From the NCBI RefSeq assembly GCF_000006765.1, contig NC_002516.2: a stretch of 64,000 bases of DNA. The stretch is one strand, 5' to 3'. Under the pieces are notes generated by a model. The model did no database searches. It had not been told where the DNA came from and saw only the letters and a program-made list of their open reading frames with translations. The stretch's first letter is position 1; the number at the start of each line of letters is the position of its first letter. Position numbers and translations under genes: made by a program. This stretch comes from Pseudomonas aeruginosa PAO1. GTDB taxonomy: Bacteria; Pseudomonadota; Gammaproteobacteria; Pseudomonadales; Pseudomonadaceae. Shown piece after piece: positions 1-10,352 of this stretch.

Positions 1-2046
1 CGGCAGGCCGGCGGCCTCGGCCTCGGCGGCGATGCGCAGCGGGTTGCGGTTCAGTTGCGGCGCCGACGGCAGCCAGCCGAGGCGTTCGGCCTGGATGTTG
101 TAGTCCAGGGCGTGTTCGGCGAAGCGGCTGGCGTCGGCCAGCGGCGACAGCACCTCGTGCATCGACAGCTTCTCGTGGCGCCATTGCGAGCTGTGCAGGT
201 AGAAGAAGCTGGTGCCGTTCATCTGCCGCGGCGGCCGGCTCCAGTCCAGGCCGAAGGCCAGCGGCGCCCAGCCGGTCTGCGGGCGCAGCTTCTCCTGGCC
301 GACATAGTGCGCCCAGCCGCCGCCGCTTTGGCCGATGCAGCCGCACATCATCAGCATGTTGATGACCGCGCGGTAGTTCATGTCCATGTGGTACCAGTGG
401 TTCATCGCCGCGCCGATGATCACCATCGCCTTGCCGCGGGTCTTGTCGGCGCTGTCGGCGAACTCGCGGGCGACCTGCGTCGCGCGCGCCGCCGGGACGC
501 CGGTGATGCGCTCCTGCCAGGCCGGGGTATAGGGCGTGTCGGCGTCCTCGTAGGAGGTCGCCACGTTGTCGCCGCCCAGGCCGCGGTCGATGCTGTAGTT
601 GGCCATCTGCAGGTCATAGACGGTGGCCACCCGCAGGCGCTTGCCGTCCGCCGCGACGATCTCGCGGAACGGCACCCGGCGCAGCAGTACCTCGTCGTTG
701 GCGACGCCCTTGAAGTGCGGGTGCTCCTGCCCGGCGAAGTACGGGAAGGCCACCTCGCAGGCATGTTCCGGGCCATCGAGCAGCGACAGTTGCAGGCGCG
801 TCTGGTCACCGCTCCTGCCGTCCAGCTCGGCGATGTTCCACTTGCCAGACTCGCCCCAGCGGTAGCCGATGGCGCCGGTGGGCGAGACCAGCCCGCCGCT
901 GCGCTCGTCGTAGGCGATGGTCTTCCACTCGGGGTTGTTGTCCTGGCCGAGGTTGTCCGCCAGGTCGGCGGCGCGCAGGTAGCGGGTCGGCTTGAACGCG
1001 CCGCCGGCGTGTTCTTCCAGCAACACCAGCATCGGCATGTCGGTGTACTGGCGGCAGTAGTCGACGAAGTAGGCGCTCGGCCGGTCGAGGTGGAACTCCT
1101 TCAGGATCACGTGACCGAAGGCCATGCCCAGCGCGGCGTCGGTGCCCTGCTTGGGGTTGAGCCAGAGGTCGGTGAGCTTGGCCACCTCGGAATAGTCCGG
1201 GGTGATGGAGACGGTCTTGGTGCCCTTGTAGCGCACCTCGGTGAAGAAGTGCGCGTCCGGGGTCCGCGTCTGCGGCACGTTGGAGCCCCAGGCGATGATG
1301 TAGCTGGAGTTGTACCAGTCGGCCGACTCCGGCACGTCGGTCTGCTCGCCCCAGATCTGCGGGCTGGCCGGCGGCAGGTCGCAGTACCAGTCGTAGAAGC
1401 TCAGGCAGACCCCGCCGATCAGCGACAGGTAGCGGGCGCCGGCGGCGTAGCTGACCATCGACATGGCCGGGATCGGCGAGAAGCCGATCACCCGGTCCGG
1501 ACCGTAGGTCTTGGCGGTGTAGACGTTGGCCGCGGCGATGATCTCGGTGACCTCGTCCCAGCTGGAACGGACGAAGCCACCCAGGCCGCGCTGGCTCTTG
1601 TAGCTCTTCGCCTTGGCGGCGTCCTCGACGATGCTGGCCCAGGCGTTCACCGGGTCGCCGTGCTGCGCCCGCGCCTCGCGCCAGAGCTTGAGCAACGGCT
1701 TGCGCACCTTCGGGTACTTCAGGCGGTTGGCGCTGTAGATGTACCAGGAATAGCTGGCCCCGCGCGGGCAGCCGCGCGGCTCGTGGTTGGGCAGGTCCGG
1801 ACGGGTGCGCGGGTAGTCGGTCTGCTGGGTTTCCCAGGTGATCAGGCCGTTCTTCACGTAGATCTTCCAGGAGCAGGAGCCGGTGCAGTTCACCCCGTGG
1901 GTGGAGCGCACGATCTTGTCGTGCTGCCAGCGCTGCCGGTAGGCACCTTCCCAGGCGCGGCTCTCGTTGCTGGTCTCGCCGTGGCCATCGGCGAATTCGC
2001 CCTGCTTCTTCTTGAAGAACTGCAGGCGGTCGAGCAGGTGACTCAT
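1..2046 (-). CDS. narG: Respiratory nitrate reductase alpha subunit, 5' part (runs off the window start)
   Basis: Minus-strand translation from ATG at 2046 reads MSHLLDRLQFFKKKQGEFADGHG...HDKIVRSTHGVNCTGSCSWKIYVKNG, the NarG N-terminus with the FS0 His/Cys motif. It follows narK2. Confidence 0.97.
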   Translation of the reverse strand, partial: MSHLLDRLQFFKKKQGEFADGHGETSNESRAWEGAYRQRWQHDKIVRSTHGVNCTGSCSWKIYVKNGLITWETQQTDYPRTRPDLPNHEPRGCPRGASYSWYIYSANRLKYPKVRKPLLKLWREARAQHGDPVNAWASIVEDAAKAKSYKSQRGLGGFVRSSWDEVTEIIAAANVYTAKTYGPDRVIGFSPIPAMSMVSYAAGARYLSLIGGVCLSFYDWYCDLPPASPQIWGEQTDVPESADWYNSSYIIAWGSNVPQTRTPDAHFFTEVRYKGTKTVSITPDYSEVAKLTDLWLNPKQGTDAALGMAFGHVILKEFHLDRPSAYFVDYCRQYTDMPMLVLLEEHAGGAFKPTRYLRAADLADNLGQDNNPEWKTIAYDERSGGLVSPTGAIGYRWGESGKWNIAELDGRSGDQTRLQLSLLDGPEHACEVAFPYFAGQEHPHFKGVANDEVLLRRVPFREIVAADGKRLRVATVYDLQMANYSIDRGLGGDNVATSYEDADTPYTPAWQERITGVPAARATQVAREFADSADKTRGKAMVIIGAAMNHWYHMDMNYRAVINMLMMCGCIGQSGGGWAHYVGQEKLRPQTGWAPLAFGLDWSRPPRQMNGTSFFYLHSSQWRHEKLSMHEVLSPLADASRFAEHALDYNIQAERLGWLPSAPQLNRNPLRIAAEAEAAGLP

Positions 2047-2121
2047 CTTGATCTCCTCACCCGGTCTGTGCCGGGCGTTACAACGCTAATCAGAGGTTGC
2101 CGCGGGCTGCTGCCGACGGAC

Positions 2122-3528
2122 TCAACAGGGACTCTCCGCACCCTTGCGCGCGTACCACCACCAGGTGGCGACGATGCAGCTCAGGTAGTAGGCGATGAAC
2201 ACGTAGAGGGCGCCCTCGGCGCTGCCGGTCATGTGCAGCGAGGTGCCGAACGCCTTCGGGATGAAGAACCCGCCGAAGGCGCCGATGGCGGCGGAGAAGC
2301 CGATCACCGCGGCCGACTCCATGCTCGCGTTGCGCGCCGCGCCGGCTTCGTCGGCCTGGCCGTCGCGCACCCGCCGGGCCCACTCGTTGCGGAAGATCAC
2401 CGGGATCATGCGGAAGGTGGAGCCGTTGCCGATGCCGGCGAAGAAGAACAGCAGGATGAAGGCGCCAAGGAAGCCGAAGAAGTTGCCCTGGCCGCCGTCG
2501 CCCGGCAGGAAGGCGATCACCGCGAACACCCCGCCGATCATCAGCGCGTAGTTCCACAGGGTGATCCGCGCGCCGCCGAACTTGTCCGCCAGCCAGCCGC
2601 CCAGAGGCCGGCTGAGGGCGCCCACCAGCGGACCGAGGAAGGCGTATTGCAGCGGGTTGACGTCGGGGAACTGGGTCTTGCTGAGCATCGCGAAGCCGGC
2701 CGAGAAGCCGATGAACGAGCCGAAGGTGGCCACGTACAGCCAGCACATCAGCCAGTTGTGCTTGCGCTTGAAGATCACCGCCTGGTCGCGGAACGAGGCC
2801 TTGGCGTCGGCGATGTCGTTCATCCCGAACCAGGCCGCGACCGATACCACGGCGATGAACGGCACCCAGATCCAGCCGGCGTTCTGCAGCCACAGGCGAC
2901 CGCCGTCGCCGAGCTGCTGCGGCTCGCCGCCGAAGGCGCCGAACAGGCCGCCGGCCACCGCCAGCGGCACGGCGAACTGCATCACCGAGACGCCGAGGTT
3001 GCCGAGCCCGGCATTCAGGCCGAGGGCGGTGCCCTGCTGGCTCTTCGGATAGAAGAAGCTGATATTGGACATGCTCGAGGCGAAGTTGCCGCCGCCGAAG
3101 CCGCAGAGCAGCGCGATCAGGGCGAACACCCAGTACGGGGTACTCGGGTCCTGCACGGCGAAGCCCAGCCAGATGCACGGGATCAGCATCGAGGCGGTGC
3201 TCAGGGCGGTCCAGCGACGACCGCCGAAGATCGGCACCATGAACGAATAGAACACCCGCAGGGTGGCGCCGGAGATCGACGGCAGCGCCGCGAGCAGGAA
3301 CAGCTGGTCGTTGCTGAAGGCGAAGCCGGCGCTGTTCAGGCGCACAGTCACCGTGCTCCAGATCATCCACACGGCGAAGGCGAGCAGCAGCGCGGGGATC
3401 GAGATCCACAGGTTGCGGCTGGCGATGCGCTTGCCGTTGCGCGCCCAGAACTCGGGGTCCTCGGGGCGCCAGTCGAGCAGCAGCGGTCCCCGTGCGGCTT
3501 TCAGTTGGGTATTGGCGATCATGCCCAT
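2122..3528 (-). CDS. narK2: Nitrate/nitrite transporter NarK2 (MFS), 468 aa
   Basis: Start MGMIANTQ at 3528 within ORF 2122..4137. Contains WRPEDPEFW and the nitrate signature GFGGGNFASSM. Confidence 0.93.
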   Translation of the reverse strand: MGMIANTQLKAARGPLLLDWRPEDPEFWARNGKRIASRNLWISIPALLLAFAVWMIWSTVTVRLNSAGFAFSNDQLFLLAALPSISGATLRVFYSFMVPIFGGRRWTALSTASMLIPCIWLGFAVQDPSTPYWVFALIALLCGFGGGNFASSMSNISFFYPKSQQGTALGLNAGLGNLGVSVMQFAVPLAVAGGLFGAFGGEPQQLGDGGRLWLQNAGWIWVPFIAVVSVAAWFGMNDIADAKASFRDQAVIFKRKHNWLMCWLYVATFGSFIGFSAGFAMLSKTQFPDVNPLQYAFLGPLVGALSRPLGGWLADKFGGARITLWNYALMIGGVFAVIAFLPGDGGQGNFFGFLGAFILLFFFAGIGNGSTFRMIPVIFRNEWARRVRDGQADEAGAARNASMESAAVIGFSAAIGAFGGFFIPKAFGTSLHMTGSAEGALYVFIAYYLSCIVATWWWYARKGAESPC

Positions 3529-3539
3529 GACGGCATTCC

Positions 3540-4835
3540 TCAGGAGTGGGTGGGAAGGGTGGGAGGAAGGTCGACGTCGGCCGAGGCGGCCTGGCCGTCG
3601 ATGCGGCGTTGCTGCTTGATCGCGTAGTGCATCCAGACCATGCAGACCACGGTCAGGCCGAACAGCAACATGAAGCAGGAGGAGCGCACGCCGATGTGGT
3701 CGGCGGCGTAGCCGAACAGGATCGGCAGGCAGAAGCCGCCGAGGCCGCCGATCACCCCGACCATGCCGCCGACGGTGCCCATGTTGCTCGGGTAGTAGTC
3801 GTGGATGATCCGGTACACGCTGGCCTTGCCGAAGCCCTGGGCAATGCCGACGACGAACACCAGGAAGGTGAACAGCCAGACGTTCAGGCCGATGCCCAGG
3901 CTGAGGTCGCCCTGGATGCCGTGGATGGTCATGGTGGTCTGCGGGTAGGAGAGGAAGAACAGGCACACCAGGCAGACCCAGAACACGCCCCAGTTCACCG
4001 AGCGCGCGCCGTAGTGGTCGCTGAACCAGCCGCCGAGGGCGCGGATCAGGCCGGACGGCAAGGTGAACAGCATGGTGATGAAGGATGCGGTCTTCAGGTC
4101 CAGGCCGTATTCGGCGATGTAGTACTTCGGCAGCCACAGGGCCAGGGCGACGAAGCCGCCGAAGACGAAGAAGTAGTACAGGCCGAAGCGCCAGACGCGC
4201 AGCTCGGCGAGCGGCGCCAGTTGCTTGGCCAGGTTCGGCCGCTGGCTGGCCTCGGCGGCACCCTTAAGGTGCGCCGGATCGGTCCAGGTGAACAGCCAGA
4301 ACAGCACGGCGGTGACCAGCATGGCCACCGAGTAGACCTGCGGCACCATGCGCCAGCCGAAGGCGACCACGATCATCGGCGCCACCAGGTTGGTGATCGC
4401 CGCGCCGGCGTTGCCGGCGCCGAAGATGCCCATCGCGGTGCCCTGGCGCTCCTTCTCGAACCAGGCCGAGGTGTAGGCGATGCCGACCGCGAAGGAGCCG
4501 CCGGCCAGGCCGACGAACAGGCCGAGCACCAGGTAGTGCCAGTACTGGCTGGCGAAGGCCAGGCCGTAGATCGGGATGGCCACCAGCAGCATGTGGATGA
4601 AGAACACGATGCGGCCGCCGAAGCGGTCGGTGATCAGGCCCAGCGGCAGGCGCACCAGGGAGCCGGTGAGGATCGGCAGGGCGACCATCAAGCCGAACTG
4701 GGATTCGCTCAGGCCGAGCTCGTCCTTGATGCGGATGCCGATGATCGAAAACATCGTCCACACGGCGAAATTCACCGCGAAGGACAAGGTACTCATGCCG
4801 AGGACGGAGTACTGTTTCTGACGTAGGGAAGCCAT
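3540..4835 (-). CDS. narK1: Nitrate/nitrite transporter NarK1 (MFS), 431 aa
   Basis: Start MASLRQKQ at 4835. Motifs GLAGGSFAVG and GAGNAGA. First gene of the narK1K2G operon. Confidence 0.93.
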   Translation of the reverse strand: MASLRQKQYSVLGMSTLSFAVNFAVWTMFSIIGIRIKDELGLSESQFGLMVALPILTGSLVRLPLGLITDRFGGRIVFFIHMLLVAIPIYGLAFASQYWHYLVLGLFVGLAGGSFAVGIAYTSAWFEKERQGTAMGIFGAGNAGAAITNLVAPMIVVAFGWRMVPQVYSVAMLVTAVLFWLFTWTDPAHLKGAAEASQRPNLAKQLAPLAELRVWRFGLYYFFVFGGFVALALWLPKYYIAEYGLDLKTASFITMLFTLPSGLIRALGGWFSDHYGARSVNWGVFWVCLVCLFFLSYPQTTMTIHGIQGDLSLGIGLNVWLFTFLVFVVGIAQGFGKASVYRIIHDYYPSNMGTVGGMVGVIGGLGGFCLPILFGYAADHIGVRSSCFMLLFGLTVVCMVWMHYAIKQQRRIDGQAASADVDLPPTLPTHS

Positions 4836-4897
4836 GGCTAAACTCTCTGCACGGACAGCGTTCAGCGAGAGCCTAGGGAAGGTGTTCCTATGCAAAT

Positions 4898-4911
4898 TTG
4901 ATAGGAATCAA
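4898..4911. promoter_or_regulatory. Anr/Fnr box (perfect) of the narK1 promoter
   Basis: TTGATAGGAATCAA matches TTGAT-N4-ATCAA. A minus-strand -10-like TAGGCT at 4875-4870 gives class II (~-41.5) geometry. Confidence 0.9.
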
Positions 4912-4948
4912 TGAAATACCGGCCGTTCCGTGCCTAGATGCGCGCCCC

Positions 4949-4964
4949 TACCTCGAAAGAGGTA
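4949..4964. promoter_or_regulatory. NarL 7-2-7 binding site between narK1 and narX
   Basis: TACCTCG-AA-AGAGGTA, inverted heptamers matching TACYYMT. Confidence 0.8.
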
Positions 4965-5009
4965 CGGCTGAAATTATTGCGCAACTCACTGTTTTAAAAG
5001 GCTTTTCTC

Positions 5010-6878
5010 ATGAACAAGGCGACCGCGCCGGACGCTGACCAGCGGGACAGATTCTTTGGAGGTAGTGACAGGGCCGGAAAGCCGATCCTGCGCCGCTCCC
5101 TGGTAGTCCGCTTCGGCTGCTACCTCACCCTGCTGGTATCGCTGGCGCTGATCGGGATGTTCAGCGCCCTGCTCTTCGCCGACTACACGCACCAGGACGC
5201 CGCGGTGATCAACCACGCCGGCTCGTTGCGCATGCTCACCTACCGGGTCGCCCTGGAGCCCAGCCTGGAAGGCCGCCAGGCGCTGCTCGGGACCCTCGGC
5301 GAACGCCTCGACAGCGGCGACATCCGCCGCCTGCTGCAACGCCAGGACGCCGACGACCCGATCCGCCAGTTGCACCAGGAGCTGCGCGAGGGCCTCGCGC
5401 GCCTGGACCCGCGCGCGCTGCCCGGACGCGCCGTGCTGGACGCCTACGTCGGCGACATCGACCGTTTCGTCGGCATCCTCCAGGCCAAGGCCGAGCGCCG
5501 CTCGCAACTGCTCAGCACGGTGCAGGGCCTGTGCCTGTTCCTCAGCCTGCTGGTGGTGTTCGTCACCCTCTACGACCTCAGCTATCACGTCATCGGCCCG
5601 CTGCGCGAACTCACCAGCACCGCCCGCCGCCTGGGCCGCGGCGAGCTGGACGCGCGGGTCACCTACAGCGGCGAGGACGAACTGGCGCAACTGGGCGAGC
5701 GCTTCAACCAGATGGCCGGCGAGCTGAAGAGCATCTACGGCGACCTGGAAGAGCGCGTGGAGGACAAGACCCGCGCCCTCTCGCAGAGCCACCAGCGCCT
5801 CGAACTGCTCTACGCCAGCGCCCGCCGGCTGGGCGAGAACCCCTACGACAGCCGCACCCTGCAACCGCTGCTGAACCAGTTGGAGAAAGTGCTCGACGCC
5901 GGCCGCGTGACCCTCTGCCTGAACAAGGACGGGGTCGAGCGCGCCTACAGTTCGCTGACCACCACCGAGCGCCCGGCGGACTTCTGCCTGCAGGGCGACT
6001 GCGGTAGCTGCCGCGAGCAGGCCAGCGCCTGCGACCAACCCTCGTCCCTGGCCCAGCCATTGCTGATGCAGCCCCTGTCCATCGCCGGCCACCGTTTCGG
6101 CGAACTGTTCATCGAAAGCCGCAGCGGCCGCCTGGAGAACTGGCAGCAGCAACTGATCGAGACCTTCTGCGACAACATCGCCCGCACCTTCGCCCTGTCC
6201 CTGCAACAGGAACAGGAAAGCCGCCTGGCCCTGTTCGCCGAGCGCGGCACCATCGCCCGCGAACTGCACGATTCGCTGGCACAGTCGCTGTCCTACCTGA
6301 AGATCCAGGTCAGCCGCCTGGGCACCCTGCTCAAGCGCGAGGCGCCGGCGGAGAAGATCGAGGACACCCTCGACGAACTGCGCGAAGGCCTCAACGGCGC
6401 CTACCGGCAACTGCGCGAACTGCTCACCACCTTCCGCCTCAGCCTCGACGAGCCGAGCCTGGAAGCCGCGCTGGGGAACGCCGTGGCCGAGTTCGGCGAG
6501 CGCGGCGAGGTGACGATCGAACTGGACAACCGCCTGCAACACGTGCCGCTGAGCCCCAACGAGGAAATCCACGTCCTGCAGATCGTCCGCGAGGCGCTCT
6601 CCAACGTGGTTCGCCATTCGCAGGCGCAACGGGCCTGGGTGCGCCTGAGCAGCCAGGCCGACGGCCAGGTGAGCATCGCCGTCGAGGACGATGGCGTCGG
6701 CTTTGATCCGCAGCAGAACCGCAGCGGCCATTATGGGCTTACCATCATGCAGGAGCGCGGCCAGACCCTCGGCAGCCAGTTGCGCTTCGAAGCGCGCGCG
6801 CCCCACGGCACGCGAGTGCTCTTCAGCTTCGTGCCGACCGCCCTGCAACCCTCCGCCGCCAAGGAGCCGACCCCATGA
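5010..6878 (+). CDS. narX: Nitrate-sensing histidine kinase NarX
   Basis: P-box [13 protein letters not shown] domain, HisKA_3 [11 protein letters not shown], HATPase EDDGVGF. Confidence 0.96.
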   Translation: MNKATAPDADQRDRFFGGSDRAGKPILRRSLVVRFGCYLTLLVSLALIGMFSALLFADYTHQDAAVINHAGSLRMLTYRVALEPSLEGRQALLGTLGERLDSGDIRRLLQRQDADDPIRQLHQELREGLARLDPRALPGRAVLDAYVGDIDRFVGILQAKAERRSQLLSTVQGLCLFLSLLVVFVTLYDLSYHVIGPLRELTSTARRLGRGELDARVTYSGEDELAQLGERFNQMAGELKSIYGDLEERVEDKTRALSQSHQRLELLYASARRLGENPYDSRTLQPLLNQLEKVLDAGRVTLCLNKDGVERAYSSLTTTERPADFCLQGDCGSCREQASACDQPSSLAQPLLMQPLSIAGHRFGELFIESRSGRLENWQQQLIETFCDNIARTFALSLQQEQESRLALFAERGTIARELHDSLAQSLSYLKIQVSRLGTLLKREAPAEKIEDTLDELREGLNGAYRQLRELLTTFRLSLDEPSLEAALGNAVAEFGERGEVTIELDNRLQHVPLSPNEEIHVLQIVREALSNVVRHSQAQRAWVRLSSQADGQVSIAVEDDGVGFDPQQNRSGHYGLTIMQERGQTLGSQLRFEARAPHGTRVLFSFVPTALQPSAAKEPTP

Positions 6879-7534
6879 CGGACATGCCAGCCACCGCCGA
6901 CGAACCGGTTCGCCTGCTGCTGGTGGACGACCATCCGATGATGCGCAAGGGCGTCGCCCAGTTGCTCGAACTGGAAGATGACCTCAGCGTGGTCGGCGAG
7001 GCCGGCAGCGGCGAGGAAGCCCTGCGCCTGGCCGCCGAGCTGGACCCGGACATGATCCTGCTGGACCTGAACATGAAGGGCATGAACGGCCTGGACACCC
7101 TGCGCGCGTTGCGCGAGGCCGGAGTCGACGCGCGCATCGTGGTGTTCACCGTGTCCGACGACAAGGGCGACGTGGTCAACGTCCTGCGCGCCGGCGCCGA
7201 CGGCTACCTGCTCAAGGACATGGAGCCGGAGCGCCTGCTCGAGCACATCCGCCAGGCCGCCACCGGACAGATGACCCTCAGCCCGCAGTTGACCCAGATC
7301 CTCGCCCAGGCCCTGCGGGGCGACGACCGCTCGAAGAGCCTCGACGAGCTGACCGAGCGCGAACGGCAGATCCTCCGCCAGATCGCCCACGGCTACAGCA
7401 ACAAGATGATCGCGCGAAAGCTGGACATCACCGAAGGCACGGTGAAGGTCCATGTCAAGCGGGTGCTGCACAAGCTCGGCATGCGTTCGCGGGTCGAGGC
7501 CGCGGTGTGGGCGGTGGAGAACGACCTGGTGTGA
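6875..7534 (+). CDS. narL: Response regulator NarL
   Basis: Receiver (LLVDDH, LLDLNM) plus LuxR HTH (LTERERQIL...TVKVHV). 4-nt overlap with narX. Confidence 0.96.
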   Translation: MTDMPATADEPVRLLLVDDHPMMRKGVAQLLELEDDLSVVGEAGSGEEALRLAAELDPDMILLDLNMKGMNGLDTLRALREAGVDARIVVFTVSDDKGDVVNVLRAGADGYLLKDMEPERLLEHIRQAATGQMTLSPQLTQILAQALRGDDRSKSLDELTERERQILRQIAHGYSNKMIARKLDITEGTVKVHVKRVLHKLGMRSRVEAAVWAVENDLV

Positions 7535-7547
7535 GCCGCGCGCGGGC

Positions 7548-7561
7548 TTGATTCCGGTCAA
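7548..7561. promoter_or_regulatory. Anr box upstream of the DGC-domain gene
   Basis: TTGATTCCGGTCAA (one mismatch). A -10-like GATACT at 7585-7590 gives class II spacing. Confidence 0.75.
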
Positions 7562-7618
7562 GAAATCCACCGCGGCGCTGCGTCGATACTGGCGGCTTCC
7601 TTCCACGAGGCGCCCGTC

Positions 7619-8014
7619 ATGATGTTCGAACGCAGCCCCGACGATCCCCTTCCCCTGGTCTACGCCTGCTCCGGCTGCTCCAACGTGGCGCAACTGGCCA
7701 ACGATCTCGCGCTGCGCCTGGATCGCGCCCGGCTGGCGGAGATGTCCTGCATCGCCGGAGTCGGCGGCGACGTCCCGCTGCTGGTCCGCCGGGCCCGCTC
7801 CGGGCGACCGATCCTGGCCCTCGACGGTTGCCCGCTGCATTGCGTGAAAGGCTGCCTGGCGCGCCACGAGGTAGTCCCGACCCTGCACCTGACCCTCAGC
7901 GAACACGGCCTGAAGAAGCGCTACGGCGAGGACTGCGAGGCGCAGGACGCCGAGCGCCTGTTCGTCGAGCTGGAGCGTCTGCTGACGCCGGGCGGCAAGC
8001 GCCGCTGCGAATGA
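7619..8014 (+). CDS. DGC-domain putative metal-binding protein, 131 aa
   Basis: Motifs YACSGCSNVAQLAN, CIAGVG and DGCPLHC, with five conserved-looking Cys. Confidence 0.85.
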   Translation: MMFERSPDDPLPLVYACSGCSNVAQLANDLALRLDRARLAEMSCIAGVGGDVPLLVRRARSGRPILALDGCPLHCVKGCLARHEVVPTLHLTLSEHGLKKRYGEDCEAQDAERLFVELERLLTPGGKRRCE

Positions 8015-8185
8015 CGGCGAGGCCGGGGGCGGCGGCTATCCCCAGCCTGCCGAAACCCGCATCCCCGCCTTTCGGCCTCCCTCGCGCATATCGCGGCGCC
8101 TCCGCCGCGTAAGCGTGCCCGTACCGCCTGCGATACGCAGCAGTGCGCTAGGATGTCCCCTCGGCTTCGAAGAAAGGACATTTCA

Positions 8186-8650
8186 ATGCTGATCGGTGCG
8201 CTGCTGGTTCTCACCTGGGTCATCCTCCTCGTCCGATACCCGGCCAAGGCCCTGCCGGTCTCCCTGGCGGCTCTCGCCGGGCTGGGCCTGGTGGCGGCCT
8301 GGGTGATCTGGCAGGACAACGACGAAAGCCGCCACCTGCAACGCCAGGAACTGCGCCTGAGCTATGCGCCGGAACGCTGTCCGGTGGACCGGCCGCTGGC
8401 GGTCGAACTGAAGAACGGCAGCGACCGACCGTTGCTGGAGCTACGCTGGAGGATCGCCGCCTACCGCCCCGGCGACAGCGTCAACCTGGCCGACACCAGC
8501 TTCGACAGCCCGCGCTACCGGGCGCCGAACGCCCTGCTCGGCGGCGACAGCTGGCACGATTGCCTGCCGCTGCCGCCGCTGCGTCCGGGCTATCGCGCCA
8601 GCACCCTGGAATTCCGCGCCGAACGCCTGGACGGGCGTTTCGGCAACTGA
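8186..8650 (+). CDS. Conserved membrane-anchored hypothetical protein (two N-terminal TMs, periplasmic domain)
   Basis: SD AGGA precedes ATG 8186. Hydrophobic N-terminus; typical codon usage. Confidence 0.75.
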   Translation: MLIGALLVLTWVILLVRYPAKALPVSLAALAGLGLVAAWVIWQDNDESRHLQRQELRLSYAPERCPVDRPLAVELKNGSDRPLLELRWRIAAYRPGDSVNLADTSFDSPRYRAPNALLGGDSWHDCLPLPPLRPGYRASTLEFRAERLDGRFGN

Positions 8651-8665
8651 CCGAGGGAGGACCCG

Positions 8666-9415
8666 ATGGAAACCCGCCGTCTGTTCGACCAGGGCTCCGC
8701 TGCCTACGCCAGCGCCCGCCCGCGTTATCCCGATGCGCTCTACCGCCATCTCGCCGGGCTCTGCGGCCAGCGCCGGCGCGCCTGGGACTGCGCCACCGGT
8801 ACCGGCCAGGCCGCGCTCGGCCTGGCGCAGTACTTCGGCGAAGTCCTCGCCAGCGACACCAGCACGCAGCAGATCGAACACGCCGTTGTCCATCCGGGTA
8901 TCCGCTACAGCGTGCAGGACGCCGAAGCCACCGACTATCCCGACGCCGCCTTCGACCTGGTCTGCGTAGCCCAGGCCTGGCACTGGTTCGACCACTCGCG
9001 CTTCAACCGCGAGCTGCTGCGCGTGCTGCGTCCCGGCGGCGTGTTCGCCGCCTGGGGCTACGGCTGGTTCAGCATCGACGCGCAGATCGATGCCGCCATC
9101 GACGAGGAATACCTGCGCCCGATCGGCCCGTACTGGGCGCAACAGAACCGCCTGCTGTGGAACGCCTACCGGGATGTCGAGCTGCCGCTGGGCGAACTCC
9201 CCGCGCCGGCCTTCGTCATCGAGCAACAATGGAGCCTGGCCCGGTTGTTCGACTACATGGCCACCTGGTCGGCCAGCCGCCTGTGCCGCGAGGCGCAGGG
9301 CAACGCTTTCGTGCGCCAGGCCCTGCAACGGGTCGCCGCGCTCTGGGGCGAGCCGACCTCGACACGCAGGGTTCGCATGCCGCTGGCGCTACGGATCGCG
9401 CGCAAGGACGCCTGA
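8666..9415 (+). CDS. Class I SAM-dependent methyltransferase
   Basis: Motif I WDCATGTGQAA; FDLVCVAQAWHWFD; LRPGG. Confidence 0.88.
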   Translation: METRRLFDQGSAAYASARPRYPDALYRHLAGLCGQRRRAWDCATGTGQAALGLAQYFGEVLASDTSTQQIEHAVVHPGIRYSVQDAEATDYPDAAFDLVCVAQAWHWFDHSRFNRELLRVLRPGGVFAAWGYGWFSIDAQIDAAIDEEYLRPIGPYWAQQNRLLWNAYRDVELPLGELPAPAFVIEQQWSLARLFDYMATWSASRLCREAQGNAFVRQALQRVAALWGEPTSTRRVRMPLALRIARKDA

Positions 9416-9501
9416 CCGAGCCTTCGAGCGGTTTTCCGCGGCCGGCGAATCCAGTACGGTAGGCCGCCCTCCTTCCAACTCCCAGCCAAGGAACGCTGCC
9501 C

Positions 9502-10332
9502 ATGAGCCAACCCGTCGCCTTCGTCACCGGCTGCTCCAGCGGCATCGGCCGCGCCCTCGCCGACGCCTTCCAGCGCGCCGGCTACCGGGTCTGGGCCAGC
9601 GCGCGCAAGGAGGACGACGTGCGTGCCCTGGCCGAGGCCGGCTTCCAGGCGGTGCAACTGGACGTCAACGACGCCGCCGCGCTGGCCCGTCTGGCCGAGG
9701 AACTGGGAGTCGAAGCCGCCGGCCTCGACGTGCTGGTCAACAACGCCGGCTACGGCGCCATGGGTCCGCTGCTGGACGGCGGCGTCGAAGCCATGCGCCG
9801 GCAGTTCGAGACCAACGTGTTCGCCGTGGTCGGCGTGACCCGCGCGCTGTTCCCGCTACTGAGGCGCAAGTCCGGCCTGGTGGTGAACGTCGGCAGCGTC
9901 TCCGGCGTGCTGGTCACGCCCTTCGCCGGCGCCTACTGCGCCTCCAAGGCCGCGGTGCATGCGCTGAGCGATGCCCTGCGCCTGGAGCTGGCACCGTTCG
10001 GCGTCGAGGTGCTGGAAGTGCAGCCGGGCGCCATCGCCTCGAACTTCGGCGCCAGCGCCAGCCGCGAGATGGACAGCGTGGTCGACGAACGCTCGCCCTG
10101 GTGGCCGTTGCGCCGGCAGATCCAGGCGCGCGCCGCGGCATCCCAGGACAATCCCACGTCCGCCGAAGACTTCGCCCGCCAGTTGCTCGCCGCCGTGCAG
10201 CGCCGTCCGCGCCCGCCGCTGGTGCGCATCGGCAATGGCAGCCGGGCCCTGCCGGCGCTGGCCCGCTGGCTACCGCGCGGCCTGCTGGAGCGGCTGCTGA
10301 AGAAGCGCTTCGGTCTCGACACGCGCCTCTGA
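9502..10332 (+). CDS. Short-chain dehydrogenase/reductase
   Basis: TGCSSGIG, LVNNAG, catalytic YCASK. Confidence 0.92.
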   Translation: MSQPVAFVTGCSSGIGRALADAFQRAGYRVWASARKEDDVRALAEAGFQAVQLDVNDAAALARLAEELGVEAAGLDVLVNNAGYGAMGPLLDGGVEAMRRQFETNVFAVVGVTRALFPLLRRKSGLVVNVGSVSGVLVTPFAGAYCASKAAVHALSDALRLELAPFGVEVLEVQPGAIASNFGASASREMDSVVDERSPWWPLRRQIQARAAASQDNPTSAEDFARQLLAAVQRRPRPPLVRIGNGSRALPALARWLPRGLLERLLKKRFGLDTRL

Positions 10333-10352
10333 AACCGCCAGGAGATACCGCC

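Noticed and set aside
55-3627. 1190-aa + strand ORF
   Set aside because: Antisense shadow of narG/narK2, caused by GC3 bias suppressing stops; no motifs.
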